Below are positions 34,591 through 41,970 of a stretch of 41,970 bases of DNA, piece after piece. Position 1 is the stretch's first letter, and every line of letters begins with the position of its first letter. The DNA comes from Octopus bimaculoides (taxonomy: Eukaryota): the NCBI RefSeq assembly GCF_001194135.2, contig NC_068983.1, forward strand, positions 51,708,131 through 51,750,100, given 5' to 3'. The notes under the pieces were generated by a model. The model did no database searches. It had not been told where the DNA came from and was given only the letters and a program-made list of their open reading frames with translations. Made by a program: the position numbers and the translations under genes.

Positions 34591-35244
34591 ATCTCATCAT
34601 CACCATCATCATTATTGTCGTCTACATCGGCATATAATCTTTCTTAGCTTTTGTCAATATTTTTTATTGTTGCTGTTGTAGCTGTTATTGCTTTTGCCGT
34701 TGTTATAACATAAGCGTTGTTATTAACGCTTATATTATGGCACATAGAGATAGGCAATACTAAAATCAGCGTGAGAGAAAGTGGTTGTAGCCACATTATT
34801 ATATGCAGGAGGGAGAATGGGGAAGAAGATGCAAGTCTTTATCTAAATCACTGAATGCCAGGAAACGGCAGACTTGAATGATTGATTACATTTTGCTTCT
34901 CTTTAAATTTTGCTTTCTCTTCTCCGAATTTGTAACATCCTTAATATGTTTCACACATATATCATATAGAAATGTTTGTTACTTATGATTTCGCTGGTAC
35001 TTAATCAAAAAATCATTTTGGTAAACGTATTTGTTTTCTGCACAGTCATTGCAATCGAATGTCTGATACTTTGGCACTAACGTGAGTGCATCAGAACAAT
35101 GCCTTTTCTAGGCGGCTACGGTCTCATTTCAGCATTCGATTAATTAAAATATATGTAGAAATATTGTACTTGAGTAATCTCATAAATAAATGCTCAGCAC
35201 TGAGGTCACATACGAACAATAAAGTACATTATATATGTAAAATT

Positions 35245-35640
35245 CTTTGCCAGAGGGAAACTTTGTGGTAATAGAATACATTATTTTAGTTTCTGTGTCC
35301 AAATGCTGCCGGTCCAATTTTCGATTACCGTCTTTACGATCTTTTTAATAAAAATGACATTTTTTTAATACCGGAGACTTTTTGTACTTGTTCTTTTACA
35401 CCTAAATTCCTTAAATCAACGAATAAATAAAATTCAAAAAACCGTTGTAGTAATGGTGAAAAATAGAGAATTTTGGACATTAAGTTTGTGTTTTGCGAGG
35501 GAAAAAGAGTAAGATATTTCTTTTCAGAGGAAATGCATTTTTGAGTAGAGGTATTTCAGATTGTGTCGAGATTTTGAAAGTAGAGAATATAAAAGAAATT
35601 ATTTAAAAAAATAACATTTTATATGTGACAAAGATTATGT
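35245..35640. mobile_element. Degraded Tc1/mariner-type MITE (tentative)
   Basis: CCAAATGCTGCCGGTCCAATTTTCGATTACCGTCTTTACGATCTTTTTAATAAAAATG resembles Tc1-type subterminal sequence. TIRs are not resolvable. Confidence 0.3.
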
Positions 35641-35689
35641 ATATGTAGTGAAGAGTATATTGAATGCAATTTCATCGGCGTGTAACTAG

Positions 35690-35930
35690 ACGTCAGTGGA
35701 TATAGAAAAGTTTGGAGTGCGTAAAAGTGGAAATATTGCAAATATTTGTATGGATATGAAAGTAGATGACAATGTACACAATTGACAAGGCTTGTGTAAG
35801 TATAGGAACAATAATATTTCTAATGATGCCTAGGTGGATGTTGATAGACAATAAAAAACGCACAGTGTATAGTAAGGTGAATGTCGGTGCGACATAGCAA
35901 GCAATAGGAAGGTTAACGATGAAGAGGTAA
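35690..35930 (+). mobile_element. Decayed LINE RT C-terminal fragment (tentative)
   Basis: KVDD..LCKYRNNNISNDA*VDVDRQ resembles (E)VVDxFKYLGSxISxDxxxDxEI. Confidence 0.3.
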
Positions 35931-36367
35931 GTTTATTTCTTGAACATTGAACGGTAGGAAACTGAAGTGCTTCATACTTAATAGCAGATTACACTGCTGA
36001 AATTCTTCCCTTCCGAAATTTTCAAATCCATAACCTTATTAGCTCTTTCATAAACACATGAATTCCCGAAATCATAGCAATTCGTCAGTAATCAGAGACA
36101 CCAAGTTGATAATTTGGTACATTAAAGTTAGCATACTAGATCACTCCTCAAAAACTCCGCAAACAAGAGAAAAAGAACGGGTTTGGAATCCAGTTTATAG
36201 TGACACACATTTTAGATGCTATTCTTCCCAGCTCATATTCTACAATAGTCGCAAATCTTAAAATGCAATAAAGAGTCGTGAATATATACTAACATATACT
36301 TTTGTTATTTACACCACCTGTCCTCGTCTGTTGTTATTATTTGTATATTCTCCCATATATATATATA

Positions 36368-36488
36368 TCGACGAGCTTCTTTCCGTTTCCATCTAGCAAA
36401 TCCACTCAGAAGGGTTTGGTCAGCCCGAGGCTATACTTAAATACACTTACCCAGGGTTGCACGCAATTTGACAGCACCCGAAACTATG
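36368..36488 (-). mobile_element. SINE family A fragment
   Basis: The reverse complement reads GTTTCGGGTG..TGCGTGCAACCCTGGGTAAGTG..TATAGCCTCGGGCTGACCAAACCC..GAGTGGATTTG. Confidence 0.82.
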
Positions 36489-36636
36489 GACCGCACGCCG
36501 AACAAAATGCTGACCGGCATTTCGTGTGTCTTCTGTTGAAATCCTATCGATATCGATTTGCCTTATATTTTTTCGTGGTCGATAAAATATGCACCTATTG
36601 GGCACTGGGGCCGATGTAATCGGCTTTCTCTCTCCC
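36489..36636 (+). mobile_element. SINE family C fragment
   Basis: GCACGCCGAACAAAATGC..GGCATTTCG..GATTTGCCTT..GGTCGATAAAATA..CACTGGGGCCGATGTAATCGGCT. Confidence 0.78.
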
Positions 36637-36651
36637 ATGAAATATAGAGAT

Positions 36652-36873
36652 GCGCAGGCGTAACTATTTGGTACGAAGCTTGTTTCACAACCATGTTTTC
36701 TCGTTCGTTTCCTGCGCGCGGGATCTTCGGCAAGTGTTTTCTACTATAGACACGTAGTAGAAAAAAAAAAGACTTGAGAGTGAATTTAGTAGATGGAATT
36801 TGAAAGGTGTTAATCGTATATGTGTGTGTTTATGTGTGTGCGTGCTAGGTGCCTGTATTTGTGTTTGCTTGTT

Positions 36874-36904
<31 letters not shown>

Positions 36905-37035
36905 CTTTGTGCATTTGTTTATCACCCACCAACACTTGACAATTGGGATTGGTGAGATTACGTGACCATAAATTAGCGGTTCGTCAAAACTGACAGATAG
37001 AATAACTACCAGGTTTAAAAATAACCTGGTACTTC
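36652..37035 (+). mobile_element. SINE family A, near full length, diverged
   Basis: Head GCGCAGGCGTAACTATTTGGTACGAAGCTTG..CAACCATG, GGCAAGTGTTTTCTACTATAG, internal (TG)n, and 3' TTAGCGGTTCGTCAAAA..GATAGAATAACTACCAGG. Confidence 0.82.
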
Positions 37036-37711
37036 CAGACAATTACAGTGAAAGAGTTATTTATTCCCACTTAAACTTGAATGTTGTGTTAGTAAAAACT
37101 TTACTGTGGCATTTATCACGATAGACTCAGTCATAGAGGTGTTTGCTGCGCGTGTTGGTTTATATCGCCAGCGGGGAAATATCTCCCCAACAACTCTATG
37201 ATCGAGACTACCAAATCTTCCGACTTAGATCTTCTTTTATCTCATCGGTGATGGAGGCCTGGGCGCTAGAGATAGCAGCGACTCATATCTCCGCGGGTTA
37301 TATAAAGAGAGAATATGTGTCAGAACAGAAGCTGGTATCGGAATCTATCCGCTGATGATATAACATTTAAGAGGGAATAAATATTACCACTTGGTACTAA
37401 TGCTACCTCTGTCGCTAATATATATTTGTTAACAAGCTAACTGGCTATTCGCGACACCAGAGCTATGAATACTACATATACATGTATTCACACGTATACA
37501 CACACAGATGCACACTCAAACACACACACTCACACACATCCAAACACACACACACACACACATATATATATGTATACTGCTACACTAAGGGAGGTGTAAA
37601 ATGATACTTCAAGGCGAAATAAGTAGAGATATGTAACGTGTAGGAGACATCCAATATTGTGCTACTCAAAATAAAATGAAAGACGGATGCATAAGAACTG
37701 GAGGAAATATT

Positions 37712-37897
37712 GCATTCAAATTTTGGCGCAAGGCCACGAATTTCACGGGAGGCTATGTGCTGATTACATCGACCCCAGTGATCAACTGTTATTTATTTTA
37801 TCGACCTCGAAACGATGAGAGAAAATTCGTCTTCGATGGAATTTGAATTCAGAACGTAAAAACAGACGAAATGACACTAAGTAGTTTGTCCGGAATG
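37712..37897 (-). mobile_element. SINE family C
   Basis: TTCAAATTTTGGCGCAAGGCC..GATTACATCGACCCCAGTGATCAACTG..TTTTATCGACC..GGAATTTGAATTCAGAACGTAAA. Confidence 0.87.
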
Positions 37898-38486
37898 TAA
37901 ACAGGAAATATTGATAAGAAAACACACGGTATTTATAACAAAACTATTCATATTTTATATAAAATAAATATTAATTTTATGAAATAATTATGAGAAAAAT
38001 ATAAAAGAGTATTTTTGAAAAACATAATGTTTGTCTGTAAACAAGAATTAAATAACAAGAAATATTTCTATTTTCTATATTAAAGAGGTAAGTTATGATC
38101 AAACATCCGTATATCGTTAGAGATTTTATGAAACGTAAATTGGTAAGGGGAAATGAAAAACTTGCAATATATCAAGAAGAATCATATATGCGCAGGTGTT
38201 GGCTAACAATGATATATGCACGAAATATAGGGAAAAACAACAAGAAAGAGAGAGAGACAGGGAGACAGAGACAGAATGATGGAAGTTGCTATAAATGGAT
38301 TAGATTATTTTTTTTTCCCTGTAGGAGAACGTAAAAGTGCATCAGAAAAGATAAATAGCTAAATAAAATACGTTGGTTGTATCATACCAGAATAGAATCT
38401 GCACGATTATTGCCGAGATATTGTCAGTGTTAACCCCTTGATCAACATGTCGGAGGTGTGTTGTTGCGGAAGGTATTTTGACTGCA

Positions 38487-38780
38487 TTTGAGCGAAAACA
38501 CCTAAAGCGTCACGAGGCTCCGGCAGGGGATGGTGGCGAACCCTGCTGTACTCTTTCACCACAACTTTCTCTCACTCTTACTTCTTGTTTCTGTTGTGCC
38601 TGTAATTCAAAGGGCCAGCCTTGTCACACTGTGTCACGCTGAATATCCCCGAGAACTACGTTAAGGGTACACGTATCTGTGGAGTGCTCAGCCACTTGCA
38701 CGTTAATTTCACGAACATGCTGTTCCGTTGATCGAATCAACTGGAACCATCGACGTCGTAAGCGACGGAGTTCCTAAAAC
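38487..38780 (+). mobile_element. SINE family B, 5'-truncated
   Basis: TTGAGCGAAAACACCTAAAGC..GGCTCCGGCAGGGGATGGTGGCGAACCCTGCTGTACTCTTTCA is shared with 24591; the 3' body is shared with 7823. Confidence 0.88.
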
Positions 38781-40464
38781 AATTTGGCTGCGTGTACTTA
38801 CATTATTCATGCGCTCTTTATACAATAACTTTTTGCGGTCGAGTAGTGGAGCCTCTCAGCAAGTCCAGCGATAGCTGACATTCGAGCACATACCCCTACA
38901 TGAATAAGAGAGTAAATTTACTTATTTTTTGAAAAAAACGTTATTTAGATCAGAACAGTTATAAACCCAATTTTCAATGTTAAATCTTACATTGTACAAA
39001 TGAAATTTCTTCACAAAAATCAATATGATTTACAGAAATTTAAATATGCATGATGTTCCAAGCATCGTATTTCCATATTTGCATAATTCAAAGGCGTACT
39101 TTTAAAAATATATACAAATTGATGAAATACAACTAATTACATAAAAATAGGAAGGGTAAGATGTATTTCAAAAGTAGTACTAAAGAAGTATTTAACAGAA
39201 TTTTATGTGTGTGCAAGTGCGCGTGTGTTTGCATTTTTTAAAACATTTGCTTGTTACTTATTCCAGGCATTACGCTGCAACCATACTGGGAAAAAGACTT
39301 TGGGGGTACTTATACTTTCTAGCTCTCCCTCCCATATCTATCTATGCATATTCATTTATATTCATATCTATGTATATTCATTATATATATATATATATAT
39401 ATATATATACAAAGAGAGATACAGAGAGAGAGAAAATGTGACATATACATACTAACGTACATACATACATGCATATATATGATTACGTGTACTTATTTAC
39501 ACACATCCATACATACACACAAGCACACTCACACAGACACACATATGCATAAATTTTAATTCATTATATATATATATTCATAAGTTACGATTTACGCGCG
39601 CGTGTGTACGAGCGCGCGTGTGTGTGTGTATGCGTTAAACAAAGAAAAACGTGTCATTCCCTTCAAAAATCGGTCTGTCAACTGTCAGAGAAAACTTCGA
39701 CGTCACTTTCTCCTTGCAAAGTTAAGTGTGGTACATTATAGGTAAGAATTTTGCGTTCCTTCGAATTAGCGTTCAAATGTTAAATATAAATATATTTAAT
39801 AACAAGCACGTATTTATTGGTGTGCTTGTGTGGGGGAACGTGTACATGTGCGATATTGCATGCCTGCGTGTTTATAAGAGGGAAGAGAGAATGACAAAGA
39901 GATATATACAGGGAGAAAATGGCGGAAAGAGAGATATATACTTTGTATCGTTTTGTCCTTCAGATTTTTGGTATAAGTTGAATTAATATTTGTGCAACAA
40001 AGCCGAACTGCGGTCGATAGATACTGACAGGTATATGCTTAGAATTTCCACCTTGTCAATACTGGCTAACAACTCTAACTGGCAGCTGACTTCACAGAAC
40101 ACTGCATCTCTTATATGCTCTAGTGAATCTACACAGAGAATTCAAATCTTCTGTGAGTCTTTCCATTTTCTTTCCAATTTTCAACAGCTTGTTTCTTGTT
40201 AGATTCACACACAGAACACACGAAAATGTAGCACTGTCGCGATTAGAAAATGCAATGTACTTACATTAACATATCGAACTGTCTATCTATCATAATATAT
40301 ATAAGTATATATATACATATATATGTATGCATATATATATACTACACTTTTCTCAAAGAATACAGACATTCGCACACATGCATGTATTCGACAACACACA
40401 CACACACATACACACACACACACACACATATATATTCATATATTAATATTAATTATGTATCATT

Positions 40465-40498
<34 letters not shown>

Positions 40499-40961
40499 NN
40501 NNNNNNNNNNNNNNNNNNNNNNNNNNNNNNNNNNNNNNNNNNNNNNNNNNNNNNNNNNNNNNNNNNNNNNNNNNNNNNNNNNNNNNNNNNNNNNNNNNNN
40601 NNNNNNNNNNNNNNNNNNNNNNNNNNNNNNNNNNNNNNNNNNNNNNNNNNNNNNNNNNNNNNNNNNNNNNNNNNNNNNNNNNNNNNNNNNNNNNNNNNNN
40701 NNNNNNNNNNNNNNNNNNNNNNNNNNNNNNNNNNNNNNNNNNNNNNNNNNNNNNNNNNNNNNNNNNNNNNNNNNNNNNNNNNNNNNNNNNNNNNNNNNNN
40801 NNNNNNNNNNNNNNNNNNNNNNNNNNNNNNNNNNNNNNNNNNNNNNNNNNNNNNNNNNNNNNNNNNNNNNNNNNNNNNNNNNNNNNNNNNNNNNNNNNNN
40901 NNNNNNNNNNNNNNNNNNNNNNNNNNNNNNNNNNNNNNNNNNNNNNNNNNNNNNNNNNNNN

Positions 40962-40993
<32 letters not shown>

Positions 40994-41699
40994 TGTGATA
41001 TACATTTAACGGATACGTTTATGATGTCTGTATAAGAACATGTTCAATTCATATGCATCATTGCGTAAAATTATTCACAGACTTCCGCTGGGAATCTGCA
41101 TTAATAATTATAACCCATAGGCACACTCACATATTTGGATGCATGGCATATTCATACGCAGAAGCATGTACGTACATGCGTACGCACTTATGTATAAAGA
41201 TATGAATATACGTATAAATGTTTTTAATTATGGATATCTCGATTCATGTATGGCTGTCTTTGTGTGCGATTGTGTATCTTTGTACATGTTTACGATTTAT
41301 TCTGTGTAAATATTAAATGCATGTCTGAATATGTCAATCTGAATACATGTTCTTTAAGTACTTGCCTTTATTTACTATCTTGTATATATACACATAGACG
41401 TACATACGCACGCACATATATGTGTGAGTGTGTGTATAATTTTATATATATATATATATATGCGTATGTGTGTGTGTGTGCACATATTGTCTGATTGCAT
41501 ATGCAGTGTGTACTCCTATGAGTGAGAGTGTGTGTTTCTACATGAAGAGTTAAACAGGTATAAAGCCGCAAATATTCACAGAAGCCATTGAGTGCTTACA
41601 CACACCATTGCATGCACGTATACCGAAGTGATTCACAAGAATATCGCGAACATCTGTGACAGAATAACAAACTTATGCATACCGACAGAATGTATTCAA

Positions 41700-41950
41700 G
41701 AATATGTCTTGTGGGCGATCTGTAAATATTTTATATGTATATAAACGCATCATTTTCAGTACAGAAATATTGGTCATGAATGTTCTTCAACTGCATTCAA
41801 CTGTTTTCCTCTCTGTTTACTGGCAAACATCAGCAACATGAACATTCATTCACACATGGCCCATCGTATCACTGATTCTTTCTTCTTTATATCATTTAAA
41901 TCAAATGTAAACTGAAAGGCCCAGAGATTGCATGATGTGCGGTTGGATGC
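41700..41950 (-). mobile_element. Possible decayed LINE RT fragment
   Basis: Minus-strand NVHVADV and LMFASKQRGKQLNAVEEHS loosely resemble the YADD domain and the helix that follows it. Confidence 0.2.
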
Positions 41951-41970
41951 TAGTGTACCTGTATGCATAT

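Overview
Eukaryotic, AT-rich, repeat-dominated non-coding DNA from a short-read assembly (8 N-gaps, 7 of them inside or next to microsatellites). The SINE and MITE families look like those of octopods, so this is most likely an Octopus genome; that is inferred from pattern recognition, not a database search. I cannot support any intact protein-coding gene, rRNA, true tRNA gene or CRISPR array. Almost all supplied ORFs are artefacts of microsatellites, N-runs or SINEs. Supportable content: about 17 copies or fragments of three SINE families, two mariner-type and two pogo/Tigger-type non-autonomous DNA elements, decayed non-LTR retrotransposon relics (CRE-type REL endonuclease, R4/Dong-type RT, several RTE-like RT pieces) and many simple repeats. 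The best candidate for something new is a ~375-bp element at 10698-11071. It is bounded by 35-bp direct repeats, carries an internal 60-bp-period duplication, and has a degenerate Penelope-type hammerhead-ribozyme core just before the second repeat. Two further hammerhead-like remnants lie at ~10629 and ~15052. An HMG-box-like short ORF (102-413), inverted SINE pairs (possible ADAR substrates) and a few weak exon candidates also merit checking. All protein-family calls were aligned by eye.
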